A DNA stretch of 64,000 nt from an uncultured bacterium (GTDB lineage Bacteria; Krumholzibacteriota; Krumholzibacteriia; LZORAL124-64-63). Made by a program: the position numbers and the translations under genes. Below the pieces are notes generated by a model that was not told the DNA's origin, ran no database searches, and saw nothing but the letters and a program-made list of their open reading frames with translations. The stretch spans positions 96,001 through 160,000 of the forward strand of contig CAVSGO010000008.1 of the NCBI GenBank assembly GCA_963727525.1. The letters run 5' to 3'. This document shows, one piece after another, positions 1 to 9,130 of this stretch. Each line of letters opens with the position of its first letter. Position 1 is the stretch's first letter.

Positions 1-1
1 G

Positions 2-241
2 ATTTTATCTGACGCGGGGTCCTATTTCTGCCCGTGGACTCCAGAGTCGGTCTCGCTGGTGCTGAACGATGAAAACCTGGTGGCAATGCGGAATTCGGCA
101 GCGTTTTCCGGTTTCTTGCCAAATACGCAATATGTCATTGCAATAGGTCGCCAAGTCATTTCCGGTGGGGATGCGCATTTCTATCCGTTGTGGGCCGGAA
201 TAGTTGACACCAAGGGCGACGCGGAAGCGCCAGGGGACTGA
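2..241 (+). CDS. 3' part of a hypothetical protein (starts before the window; possible gene cassette)
   Basis: Frame is open from base 2 to TGA at 239-241; lower GC; the stop abuts an attC-like element. Confidence 0.5.
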   Translation: MLSDAGSYFCPWTPESVSLVLNDENLVAMRNSAAFSGFLPNTQYVIAIGRQVISGGDAHFYPLWAGIVDTKGDAEAPGD

Positions 242-242
242 G

Positions 243-344
243 GTATAGCGCTAGCTTGTAGCGGTCAAAGCCGTCTGTCACGCGCCGTGCCGGGCACGGC
301 CCGCGCCGGCCGTTTTTGCAGCTGAAACACGGCGTCGTACGGAC
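243..344 (+). mobile_element. degenerate attC-like integron cassette site
   Basis: GTATAGC (near RYYYAAC) ... GTCACGCGCCGTGCCGGGCACGGCCCGCGCC hairpin core ... TTTGCAGCTGA ... GTCGTACGGAC, lying between a stop codon and the next ATG; a related copy sits at 756-820. Confidence 0.55.
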
Positions 345-365
345 ATGAACCATCGTGAGTGGGAA

Positions 366-767
366 ATGCATGAGCGTTGGTATCTGATCATCGGTGGTGT
401 CCTGATGACCTTGCTTGGGCTGGCCAGAGGAGTAGGCGGGCTTGCCTTGCTCACTCAGGGGGTCGCAGCGGATCCGAATATCCAAGCCACCGACATTGCG
501 GTCTCGATGGTTGGTGCCTTTCTGTTATTGTTGGGATTGGTCTTGGTTGTAGCAGCGGTTGGTGTGATTCGTAAGCGGCATTCGTTTTGGCTCGTAGGAG
601 TTATTTGCATCATGACTTTTGTGGTCGATGGCGCGGTCAATGGATTCGTGTTGTACGGCCGCGCGGGAAATCAGGGAACGATCATCAATGTGATCGCAGC
701 CGCCCTGATCCTGGCATGTTTACTCCTGGGAAAGAGTGCGCTTCGAAATGGAACCGTCCAACGCTAG
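366..767 (+). CDS. hypothetical membrane protein (about 4 TM helices), cassette-like
   Basis: Four hydrophobic stretches; lower GC than its neighbours; flanked by attC-like sites; alternative start at 345. Confidence 0.8.
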   Translation: MHERWYLIIGGVLMTLLGLARGVGGLALLTQGVAADPNIQATDIAVSMVGAFLLLLGLVLVVAAVGVIRKRHSFWLVGVICIMTFVVDGAVNGFVLYGRAGNQGTIINVIAAALILACLLLGKSALRNGTVQR

Positions 768-820
768 TTCCAGCCGACATCGGTTTGGTCACGTTCCGTG
801 CAGAGCACGGTCCGCGCCAT
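756..820 (+). mobile_element. truncated attC-like site (left half)
   Basis: Perfect RYYYAAC (GTCCAAC, 756-762) at the end of the ORF, then GCTAG...GTCACGTTCCGTGCAGAGCACGGTCCGCGCC matching the 243-344 element; right arm not recognisable. Confidence 0.5.
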
Positions 821-1142
821 GGCAATCGGATCCATTCTCGATCTTTGACAATCGATAGGATGGCTGCGGCACGGATCGCATCTTGCGCGGCTTTGATTCC
901 CGGTACTGGCGCATTCCAAATGGGTCACGCTGTTCTCCATCGAGGGGCCGGTCTCGAAGATTCCCGGGGCTTGCTCCAGGGCTCGGGAAGGAGAGTGCGC
1001 AGTTTCAGGCTCGGCGGTTGTGGAAGTCGTATCTTGGGTGGTGGTTGTCGGAGTTGGGCGTCGGGTTCGAGCAGGTGCTCGGGTGGCGCACGTCGCTGGC
1101 GGAGCTCATCGCGAGCGAGACGGCGAAGTATGGGGTCTATCG

Positions 1143-1706
1143 ATGCGAAAGGCGAATAGCTTGGGGGCGAAGCAGCGGGAAGAACTCCTCGAGGTGCTGG
1201 AAGCTCGGTTCATGAAAAACATGGGGCGGCACGAGGGCCTCTCGTGGGACAAGGTCCGGGCGAGGGTCGAGGCGGAGTCCGACAAGCTGTGGTCGGTCAG
1301 TGAGATGGAACGCACTGGCGGTGAGCCCGATGTTGTGGGCCATGACAAGAAGACGGGTGAGGTCATCTTCTTCGATTGTTCGGCGGAAAGTCCCAAGGAG
1401 CGACGGAGTTCGTGCTACGACCAGGAGGCGCGAGAGTCGCGGAAGGAGCATCGGCCGCAACACAGTGCCGTGGAGATGGCGGAGTCCATGGGGGTCGAGA
1501 TCCTGACGGAGGAGCAGTATCGGGAGTTGCAGAAGCTGGGGGAATTCGATCTCAAGACGTCGAGCTGGGTTCATACGCCAGCCAGGATCAGGTCGCTCGG
1601 CGGGGCGCTGTTCTGCGACCGTCGGTACGACACGGTTTTCGTGTATCACAATGGTGCGCAGTCGTACTATGCGGCCCGGGGATTTCGCGGGGTCCTGAGG
1701 GTTTGA
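1143..1706 (+). CDS. DUF4256 domain-containing protein
   Basis: Motifs RFxKNMxRH, MERTGGEPDVV, DCSAESPKxRRSxCYD, DLKTSSW, YHNGAQSYYAARGFRG. Confidence 0.9.
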   Translation: MRKANSLGAKQREELLEVLEARFMKNMGRHEGLSWDKVRARVEAESDKLWSVSEMERTGGEPDVVGHDKKTGEVIFFDCSAESPKERRSSCYDQEARESRKEHRPQHSAVEMAESMGVEILTEEQYRELQKLGEFDLKTSSWVHTPARIRSLGGALFCDRRYDTVFVYHNGAQSYYAARGFRGVLRV

Positions 1707-1728
1707 GGCGCGCGGCCGAGATCCGCCG

Positions 1729-3315
1729 TCATGCCGATCTTGGCAGCCGGGTCGTCCTCTGCGCGGTGTACAGGAACAGGTGCTCGGCGTAGAGGGCGTC
1801 CAGTTCGGAATCGAGGCCAGTCCATCTCCGGAGCTTTTCCCACTCTGCGATCTCGATGTTACCGCGGGACGGGCGCCAGGAGCCGTCGGTGGCTCGTTCC
1901 TGGTGGAAGAGGCGGAGCGAGTGGACGTGGTGACCGGAGCGGGAGAAGACGATTTCCTGGTCGGAGATGCGGAGGCCGTAATTTTCGGGGCGCATCGAGA
2001 AGGGGGTGCGGTCGAAGAGCTGGAAGCGGCTGCTGGTGACCGCGCCTGCGCTGGCGGCGAGGTCGCCGATCAGGTCGAGAGTGGCGTGGAGGTCCTCGTC
2101 TGTGCTCGTGGGGAGGCCGAAGATCATCATCAACAGGTTGGTGATGCCGGCGCCGGCGGCGTTGGTGATGACGTGGCGGATCTCCTCGGGGGTGGTGCCC
2201 TTGCCACACACCTCGAGCAGCCGCGCAGATCCCGTTTCCACGCCCCAGCTGATCCAGGAGCAGCCCGCCTGCGCCATGAGCGCGAGGCGCTCGGCCGTGT
2301 AGGCGGCGGTGGGGCGGCCCATCAGGTGGAACGAGAGGCGCAGGTCGCGGTCGAGGATGGCGCGCGAGAGGGCTTCCATGTCCTCGGCATCGACGTACTG
2401 ATCGGCGAAGTAGAAATGGCTGGCACCCCAGCGCATCTGGAGCTCGCCGAGGTAGTCGGCGAACCGTTCGGCCGAATGGGTCCGGTAGCCGCTGTACGAG
2501 AGGTTGTGGGCGCAGAATCGGCAACGGCGCCACTTGCAGCCCCGGGAGTAGATGACCGGGATGACCGGCATGGGGTTTGGGTAGCGCAACGGGTCGAGCT
2601 CGGTGAACTGCGGCAGCGGAAGCGCCGTGGCCGCCAGCGTGTCGGGTTTGCGGTTGGTGTTGATGGTGTCGCCCTGGCGGTACGCCAGGCCGGGGATGGT
2701 GGCCGGGGGTTCTCCGCGCAGCAGTCTGGCCAGGCCCATCTCGCCCTCGCCGGTGAAGACGGCGGTGAGGAAGGGGCAGGCGCGCAGCAACTCGTCGGGG
2801 TAGAGAGCGGAGGCGGTGGCGCCGCCCAGGACCAGAGGCGGGCAGTCGCACGTGTAAACCTCCGTCGACAGGTAGAGGGCCAGTGCGCAGCTGAAGAGGA
2901 TCTGCTCGGGGAACATCACCGAGAAGCCGATCCACTCCGGCTGCTCTTTCGTGATCAGGTTGGCGGCGAACGCCAGGGCCGCTTGTAGTTCGGGGGCAAG
3001 TTCGTCAGTTTCCAGGTAGTGGCGGCTGACCTGGGCGAGGCGTTGCTGGGCAGTTGCAGCCATGCGCAAGGCCGGGCGGTGGGCGGCGTACTGGGCGAGG
3101 TCGAAGAAATCGCCCATGTGGCCGTGCATGAAGGCGCGACAGGCGGCCAGGTTGGCGTTGCCGTCGGCCTGTCGGTTCCACAGAGCGAGGTTGAGGTCGA
3201 GGGGGATGAGTTCGCAGTCCGGGGCCGCGGCCTGGATATATGACGTGAGCGTGGCCAGGCCGAGGGGGACGTACGTGGGACTGCAAAGAGGGGCGAAGAC
3301 CAGGACTCCGCGCAT
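1729..3315 (-). CDS. cobalamin-binding domain radical SAM protein (class B-like)
   Basis: N-terminal PLGLATL, GFSV, LGGA, GEGE; SRGCKWRRCRFC (CxxxCxxC); GVETGS. Confidence 0.9.
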   Translation of the reverse strand: MRGVLVFAPLCSPTYVPLGLATLTSYIQAAAPDCELIPLDLNLALWNRQADGNANLAACRAFMHGHMGDFFDLAQYAAHRPALRMAATAQQRLAQVSRHYLETDELAPELQAALAFAANLITKEQPEWIGFSVMFPEQILFSCALALYLSTEVYTCDCPPLVLGGATASALYPDELLRACPFLTAVFTGEGEMGLARLLRGEPPATIPGLAYRQGDTINTNRKPDTLAATALPLPQFTELDPLRYPNPMPVIPVIYSRGCKWRRCRFCAHNLSYSGYRTHSAERFADYLGELQMRWGASHFYFADQYVDAEDMEALSRAILDRDLRLSFHLMGRPTAAYTAERLALMAQAGCSWISWGVETGSARLLEVCGKGTTPEEIRHVITNAAGAGITNLLMMIFGLPTSTDEDLHATLDLIGDLAASAGAVTSSRFQLFDRTPFSMRPENYGLRISDQEIVFSRSGHHVHSLRLFHQERATDGSWRPSRGNIEIAEWEKLRRWTGLDSELDALYAEHLFLYTAQRTTRLPRSA

Positions 3316-3547
3316 GGCGCTCCCGTGTCAGGCCAGGGTGGGGGCGCCGTGGACGCGAGCCGTTCGACGTTGACGCCTGGGACGCCCACCAGGTGGCCCG
3401 ACGATCCGGGCAACCGGAATATAGGTGGCGGCGAGAGCGGGGACAAGGACTGTCCGGTGCTGGGGGGAGGAGCGGGCGTAGCGGGTTGAAGGGGCGAGCG
3501 GTTGATGGCAGAATGGTGCCGTCCACTCACGGTGCTGCGCAAGGCGC

Positions 3548-3569
3548 TCCGTGGTGCCGGCACCACGGA
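3548..3569. repeat. 22-bp perfect palindrome (core TGGTGCCGGCACCA)
   Basis: TCCGTGGTGCCGGCACCACGGA in a divergent intergenic region; the same core recurs at 32797-32810. Confidence 0.7.
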
Positions 3570-3631
3570 CCTCGTGGTCGCGGGATGAAGATGCACATGT
3601 GCGGGGATACCACGGTGAGGGCGGTGTCGTG

Positions 3632-4165
3632 ATGGAATTCCAGACGGATAAGGCCTTGCCGGTACTGCGGCGGACGCCGGCTACGTCGCGGGTGTTGCTG
3701 GCGGATTTGCCGGCGGCGTGGACGCAGGCGAATGAGGGGCCGGGTACCTGGAGTCCTTACGATGTGGTCGGGCATCTCATCCAAGGGGAGCGGGCGGCGT
3801 GGGTGCCACGGGTCGAACACATGCTCGAGCATGGGGAGGGGGAAGAATTCGTCCCCTTCGATCGCGAGGCGATGTTCGCGGCGTCGCGGGGCAAGTCGCT
3901 GGCGGATCTGCTCGAGGAGTTCTCACGCGAGCGGGCACGGAGTCTCGAGCGGCTCGCGGCGCTGGATCTCGGCGAGGCCGATTTCGACCGACGGGGGACT
4001 CATCCGGTGTACGGGGCCGTGACGGTGCGCCAGTTGCTGGCGACCTGGGTAGTGCACGATCTCACCCACATCGCGCAGATCGTCCGCGTGCTCGCGCGGC
4101 AGTACACCCAGGCGGTGGGGCCGTGGGTGGCGTACTTGCCGATCCTGAAGCCGTGGGGCTCCTGA
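3632..4165 (+). CDS. DinB family protein
   Basis: LRRTP, EGPGTWSPYDVVGHL, PFDR, HPxYGxVT, TWVVHDLTHIAQI. Confidence 0.9.
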   Translation: MEFQTDKALPVLRRTPATSRVLLADLPAAWTQANEGPGTWSPYDVVGHLIQGERAAWVPRVEHMLEHGEGEEFVPFDREAMFAASRGKSLADLLEEFSRERARSLERLAALDLGEADFDRRGTHPVYGAVTVRQLLATWVVHDLTHIAQIVRVLARQYTQAVGPWVAYLPILKPWGS

Positions 4166-4285
4166 TTTCTGGTCCCACCGGGGCAGGCTGGGCGTCGAGA
4201 CCGGTTCCGATTGTTACTCGCCCGAGGCGGTGTCGGACCGGGAACCGCCGGCACCAGCAGGTGCCGCTGACAGGAGGATAGTGCG

Positions 4286-4981
4286 ATGAGGGGTGTGGTG
4301 ATCGCTGCGCTCGTGCTCGGGCTCGCGTCGTCTGGACGCGCCGACGACGGCGCCATGACCGGTGTGGGCGGCACGCTGCATCTCATGTCGGAGCATCCCC
4401 ACATCGCGATGGTAGCCGAAGACGTGCAGGCGAGGCTGGACCTGGCGACGCAGACCGTCGACGTGGAGTGCCTCTTCGTGCTCGCCAACGACGGTGCTGC
4501 CGATTCAGTGCTGGTGGGGTTTCCCGAGATGTCGGCTGGCGACACGGCGCCGGAGCCGTTCACGTTCTTCGAGTCGTTCGTGGACGGCGAGAGGGTGACG
4601 TGCCAGCGGGTGGACGCATCGGCCGCGAACGAGAGCGAGTCGCGGTTCTGGTGGACGAAGCAGGTGACGTTCGCCGCGCGCCAGACGCGTATCGTCCGCG
4701 ACCACTACCGGGCGCCGGCCGGAGACTACGTGGGGGACGCGCAGGGACCGTGGCGGACGTTCGAGTACACGCTCAGGACCGGGGCCTCGTGGGAGGGAAC
4801 CATCGGCGCAGCGACCGTCACCTTCGCGGTGACGCCGTGCGACTCGGCCTTTTCCGCGCAGCAGTTCAATCCCGCGCCCGATATGCACGACGGCTGCTGC
4901 TACAGGTGGCATTTCTCGAACATCGAACCTGGCGTCACCGGGCCACACAGCCTGTGGCTTGGCTGGCGCGTAGCACGATGA
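4286..4981 (+). CDS. secreted DUF4424-like protein
   Basis: Signal peptide; IAMVAEDV, VLVGFPE, FxSFVDG, YTLRTGASWEGTIG; GGAGG RBS. Confidence 0.75.
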   Translation: MRGVVIAALVLGLASSGRADDGAMTGVGGTLHLMSEHPHIAMVAEDVQARLDLATQTVDVECLFVLANDGAADSVLVGFPEMSAGDTAPEPFTFFESFVDGERVTCQRVDASAANESESRFWWTKQVTFAARQTRIVRDHYRAPAGDYVGDAQGPWRTFEYTLRTGASWEGTIGAATVTFAVTPCDSAFSAQQFNPAPDMHDGCCYRWHFSNIEPGVTGPHSLWLGWRVAR

Positions 4982-5011
4982 GTTGACCCGCGGCGCCGCG
5001 AGTCTCCGTGT

Positions 5012-7276
5012 CTACCGGACGAGCATCACCCGCGTCGTCGTGGTGCCCCATGCGGTTCTCAGCTGCGCGAGGTACACGCCGCTGGCCAGACCCCCGGCCT
5101 CCCAGATGATCGCGTGCGGTCCCGCAGCGAACGGTCCGTCGGCCAGCCTGGCCACACGGCGGCCCGCGAGGTCGAACACTACCAGCGTAGCGTGTCCGGC
5201 AGCCGGCAACGCAAAGGAAAGCGTGACGCGGGGGTTGAAGGGATTCGGCGCTGCGGTGAGGGCGACCGTGCGCGCCGTGGGGATGTCCCCCTCGGGCTCG
5301 CCGGCGCCGGTGGCGATGGCGCAATGCGAGGGCACCGGGAACGCGGCCGTCGCGTTCGTGGCCACGGCCCAGAGATCAGGCGTCGGCTTGAGGAGCCGGA
5401 CCAGATCGCAACCGGGCGCGAGTACGCCGAGGGGCGTGAACTCCGGCAGGCTCAGTGCCCAGAGTCCGCCGTTGGCGACGTAGACGACGTCGTCGCCCAC
5501 AGCGGCGGCGGCCACGTCCGTCACGACATCCGTGGTGGCCACGATCACAGGTGCCGCGGGATCGGCGAGGTCGATCAGGGCGAGCATGTCGTCGTCGCCG
5601 ACAAGCACGCGCTGTTCCCCGGCGGGCTGCACCCAAGTCACGTGCGGGAGCGCGAGCGTGGTGAGGAAGGTGGGGTGCGTGGCGTCGTGCATATCGACGA
5701 CGTGTAATTCACCGATTTCGTTCCCGCTGTCGCTGGCGACGAGGAGAAGGTCGCCGCACCAGAGCAGGTCGCTCGCGCCGGGAATGGCGGCCGTGCCGAC
5801 GAGGCTGGGCAGCGACGGATTGGCGAGGTCGTAGATGCGCAGCTTCTCGGCACTCCAGGTCTGACTGTACATCGCGACCAGGGTGCCCGGACCGGCGGCC
5901 AGGGCGGTGACACCGGTGATCGGTACGTACTGCGCCACCGTGCCCGGATGCATGGGATCGGTCATGTCGAGCCAGTCGAGCTCGCCGTCCACCGAGAACA
6001 GCAGCGCTTGCTCCATCGCCTCCAGATTGCCGAAGATGGCCCAGCGGGCCGAGAAGGCTCGCACGAGAGATCCTGACGAATGGGCCACGTCGTAAATCGC
6101 AAGCGATCCGATGGGCCCTTCGTTGTCCACCCGGATGGCCGACGCGGCATACCAGCCCGCACCGGAGGTCACGGAGCCGAGATGGTAATCGTCATCCGGC
6201 AATGCCGGGCCGATCGCCAGGGTGTTGTCGACGAGCGGTTCGGGCAGCCGATACGTCGCCAGCCGGCCGCTGCCGGCCGCGTACACGTGCGGCTCGGCGA
6301 CGGCGAACGCGTTCTCGACGCCGGCGCCGGGGATGCGGGCGAGCAGGGCCAGATCGGCGTCAAGGTCGCGGATCGTAATCGCGCCGTGCTGGATGAAGAC
6401 GTGCCGCCCGTCGACGGCGATGGCGGGCGGGTTGGTCCACCCGTCGAACGAGCCGAGGATCACGGTGGCGACGGTCCGGGGGGCGCCGGCGAGTGTAAGA
6501 TCGAGATGGTGGAGTGCGAGTTCGTGGCGGATCGTCTCGTACTCGCCGCTGACGACGTACCAGTGGTCGGTGACCAGGAGCAGCTCTCGATCTTGTCCGG
6601 CGCTGGCGAGGGCATCCCAGCCGTAGCCGTAGGTGGGGTCGTCGTCGTGCCAGTACACCTCGCCGCCCAGTGGCGCGGGATTCGCGGGGTCGGCGAGGTC
6701 GTAGGCCTGCCAGCCGATGCCCACGGCGACGGCGAGTTGCGGCGAGATCGCGACGTCGCGCACCGTGAAATCGCACGTGGTCCGTTGCAGGCAAGTGGGA
6801 GCGAGGGGATCGACCACGGCGCACATGGTCCACGTGGTGTCCGAATCCACGATGGCTAGCAGGTCGCCGGCGCCGCCGATCGCGGCGATGGGTGCGGCGT
6901 GGGCCATCGTGCCGAGCACCGTGGGCGACCCGGGAGTGGTCGTGTCGATGACGCGGACGTCGCCACCGACCGTGAGCCAGTATACGAACGGCGCGCAGAC
7001 CGCGAGGTCCGCGAAGGTAGTGGCCACCTGTATACGGGACGCGACGGTGGGTGAGCCGGGGTCGGCGACGTCGATCACCACGAGATCGAGCCCGTCGACG
7101 CCGACGAGGTGCGTGGCGTCGTACGCGGCGATGGCGCCGACATTCACGTCGAGCATGGACGCGATGGTGGGAAACGTCATGTAGTCGACGCACTCGGCGA
7201 AGGTGGAGCTGGCGAGGAACGGGATGGCGAGCGTGACGAGAACGAGGCACGAGCTCGGGCATGTTCGTGACCGCAT
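5012..7276 (-). CDS. secreted LVIVD-repeat beta-propeller protein with C-terminal FlgD-Ig/T9SS-CTD-like domain
   Basis: Signal peptide; repeated LxVIDVxDPxxP units; C-terminal PNPFNP...FDLAGRRV...ASGVYL; GGAGG RBS before 7276. Confidence 0.85.
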   Translation of the reverse strand: MRSRTCPSSCLVLVTLAIPFLASSTFAECVDYMTFPTIASMLDVNVGAIAAYDATHLVGVDGLDLVVIDVADPGSPTVASRIQVATTFADLAVCAPFVYWLTVGGDVRVIDTTTPGSPTVLGTMAHAAPIAAIGGAGDLLAIVDSDTTWTMCAVVDPLAPTCLQRTTCDFTVRDVAISPQLAVAVGIGWQAYDLADPANPAPLGGEVYWHDDDPTYGYGWDALASAGQDRELLLVTDHWYVVSGEYETIRHELALHHLDLTLAGAPRTVATVILGSFDGWTNPPAIAVDGRHVFIQHGAITIRDLDADLALLARIPGAGVENAFAVAEPHVYAAGSGRLATYRLPEPLVDNTLAIGPALPDDDYHLGSVTSGAGWYAASAIRVDNEGPIGSLAIYDVAHSSGSLVRAFSARWAIFGNLEAMEQALLFSVDGELDWLDMTDPMHPGTVAQYVPITGVTALAAGPGTLVAMYSQTWSAEKLRIYDLANPSLPSLVGTAAIPGASDLLWCGDLLLVASDSGNEIGELHVVDMHDATHPTFLTTLALPHVTWVQPAGEQRVLVGDDDMLALIDLADPAAPVIVATTDVVTDVAAAAVGDDVVYVANGGLWALSLPEFTPLGVLAPGCDLVRLLKPTPDLWAVATNATAAFPVPSHCAIATGAGEPEGDIPTARTVALTAAPNPFNPRVTLSFALPAAGHATLVVFDLAGRRVARLADGPFAAGPHAIIWEAGGLASGVYLAQLRTAWGTTTTRVMLVR

Positions 7277-7403
7277 GGCGGACCTCCCTGCAACCTGGAC
7301 CGGGAGCAGAAGACGGTACGAAGGTAGCACATCCGTAGTCGCCGGGCTGCGGGATGTTTGGGAGTAATTCCCACTATTCAAGGATGTTATAAATCTGGAT
7401 GGA

Positions 7404-7433
7404 TTGACGTGATCGTTCGCGGGGGCGTATCCT
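7404..7433 (+). promoter_or_regulatory. putative sigma70-type promoter
   Basis: TTGACG-N18-TATCCT upstream of the RBS of gene 7465. Confidence 0.35.
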
Positions 7434-7464
7434 GATCCTCGTTCTCTCTCACGGGAGGTGCGTC

Positions 7465-8457
7465 ATGGTGACGATCGCGCGTGGCCATGCGGTGATTGCG
7501 ATCCCGATGGCCGTCCTTGTCGTGTGTCTCGTTTCTGTCCTGCCCAGCCTCGCCAACCTCACGCCGGAATCGGCGCTCCTGATGCACGTGCAGCCGGTAT
7601 CCGGCACGTGTGCGACGTCGATCACGAACTGCAACCAGATCGTGCGTTCGACCCCGGCGTCGGGTGCGGTGGAATTCGTCATCTTCTTCATGCGCGGGTC
7701 CTACTTCTGGCCGGGCGAGACGGTGTGCTTCGAGCGGATCGTCGACAAGCTCATGTGGCCGAGCACGTGGACATGCACCGGCGGCCAGGCGTGTGGCGGC
7801 GGTGGGATGTCTCTCTGGGCCGCCGGCGGCGACGTGGGCGGGGACCACGTGCCCAATGTCTACTGGCTGGAGCTGACGGGCTGGTCGAACTACGCCATCT
7901 CGGGCGTGTCGCAGGGCGTCGTGCCGGTGGCGCGGTTGACGTTCGACGTGGGCGGGCCCGGTCGCCTCGAGATGACGGGGACGTGGTCCGAGTCGGAAGT
8001 GATGCTGCGTCACGATTGCGACGGGAGCGAGTTGCAGACCTTTCCGAACCGTATCTACGCCGAAGCCGGCATGGAGTGCGGCTACGTCGAGTCGTCATGC
8101 GGCTATGAGAACACCTGCGCCCCGGTCTTCATCGAGCCGGTGTTGCACCTCGTGGCGCCGGTCGGAAGCGCGGCGGCGCAGACCGTCGCCTACCACGCCA
8201 ATGCCTCGTGCAACTTCTCGGTCAATTCCGACGCCGCCTGGTGCTGGGCGCAGCCCCTGGAGTACATGGGCAGCTTCCATCGCCTGTACGTGCTAGCTGA
8301 TGCTGCCGGATTGTCCCAGGGAACATACCACGCGCTGGTCACGGTGGAGTCGTCGAGCCATACGGCAGCGCGGTGCCTGCCGGTGGTGTTCGACGTCGAG
8401 GCGGCCGTGGCGGCCGAATCGAGGACATGGGGTGCGGTGAAGGCGTTGTATCGATGA
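7465..8457 (+). CDS. secreted Cys-rich hypothetical protein, BACON-like domain, C-terminal TWGAVKALYR tail
   Basis: GGAGG RBS; signal peptide; VNSDAAW...GLSQGTYHALVTV (BACON-like); WGxxK tail. Confidence 0.8.
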   Translation: MVTIARGHAVIAIPMAVLVVCLVSVLPSLANLTPESALLMHVQPVSGTCATSITNCNQIVRSTPASGAVEFVIFFMRGSYFWPGETVCFERIVDKLMWPSTWTCTGGQACGGGGMSLWAAGGDVGGDHVPNVYWLELTGWSNYAISGVSQGVVPVARLTFDVGGPGRLEMTGTWSESEVMLRHDCDGSELQTFPNRIYAEAGMECGYVESSCGYENTCAPVFIEPVLHLVAPVGSAAAQTVAYHANASCNFSVNSDAAWCWAQPLEYMGSFHRLYVLADAAGLSQGTYHALVTVESSSHTAARCLPVVFDVEAAVAAESRTWGAVKALYR

Positions 8458-9095
8458 GGCGCGATCGTGAGCGTCGATCCGTCGTGGCGCTGGCGCTGGG
8501 CACCGCGCTGGCAGCGACATCGATGCGGGCCGAGGCGCCCGCGACCGGCAACCCCATCGCCGTTGCCTTCGCGCTGGTCTTCGACTCGGAGGTCATCCGC
8601 CTCGACGTGGTGGCGGACAGCCTCCAGGTGACGGGTAAGTACGTGCTGCTCTGCCGCGAGCCGATCCGTGGCCGCACGCCCCTGTTCTATCCGTTCCCGG
8701 TGGACTCGCTACTCGGAGGCGCCCGTATGGTCTCGCTGACGGGCCGCGCGGGATCCGGGCCGCCGGTGGACGTGACATGGCAGGTGCCGCCCACGGCGCC
8801 GGGCGTGCGCTGGTGGTTGCCGCCTTGCCACGCCGACACCCTCATGCTCACGGCGGTGTACCGGCAGAAGCTCGAGAGCGAGTATGCGCGGTACATCGTG
8901 ACGTCGACGCAGGCCTGGGGTCGCCCGCTGCGCCACGCCGTCTTCGAGATCCACTTGCCGCCGGGCGCCACACCGACGGCGTTCAGCGATCCCTTCGCGC
9001 CGCGCGGCGAAGGGGACCAGATCAGCTACGTCTTCGAGGCACGCGACTTCATGCCCGTGCACGACATCACGGTGCGGTGGGCGCGTAGCCGGTAG
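8454..9095 (+). CDS. secreted DUF4424-like protein
   Basis: ATGA overlap with the upstream gene; FDSEVI, LFYPFP, ARYIVTSTQAWGRPL, DFMPxxDI. Confidence 0.7.
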   Translation: MRRDRERRSVVALALGTALAATSMRAEAPATGNPIAVAFALVFDSEVIRLDVVADSLQVTGKYVLLCREPIRGRTPLFYPFPVDSLLGGARMVSLTGRAGSGPPVDVTWQVPPTAPGVRWWLPPCHADTLMLTAVYRQKLESEYARYIVTSTQAWGRPLRHAVFEIHLPPGATPTAFSDPFAPRGEGDQISYVFEARDFMPVHDITVRWARSR

Positions 9096-9130
9096 CGCGG
9101 CCGCGAGCGGCGCGACGTGCCAAGGCCGTG

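Noticed and set aside
830-1140. ORFs 883-1215 and 587-1159
   Set aside because: No RBS or recognisable motifs and they overlap real genes; at most a decayed remnant
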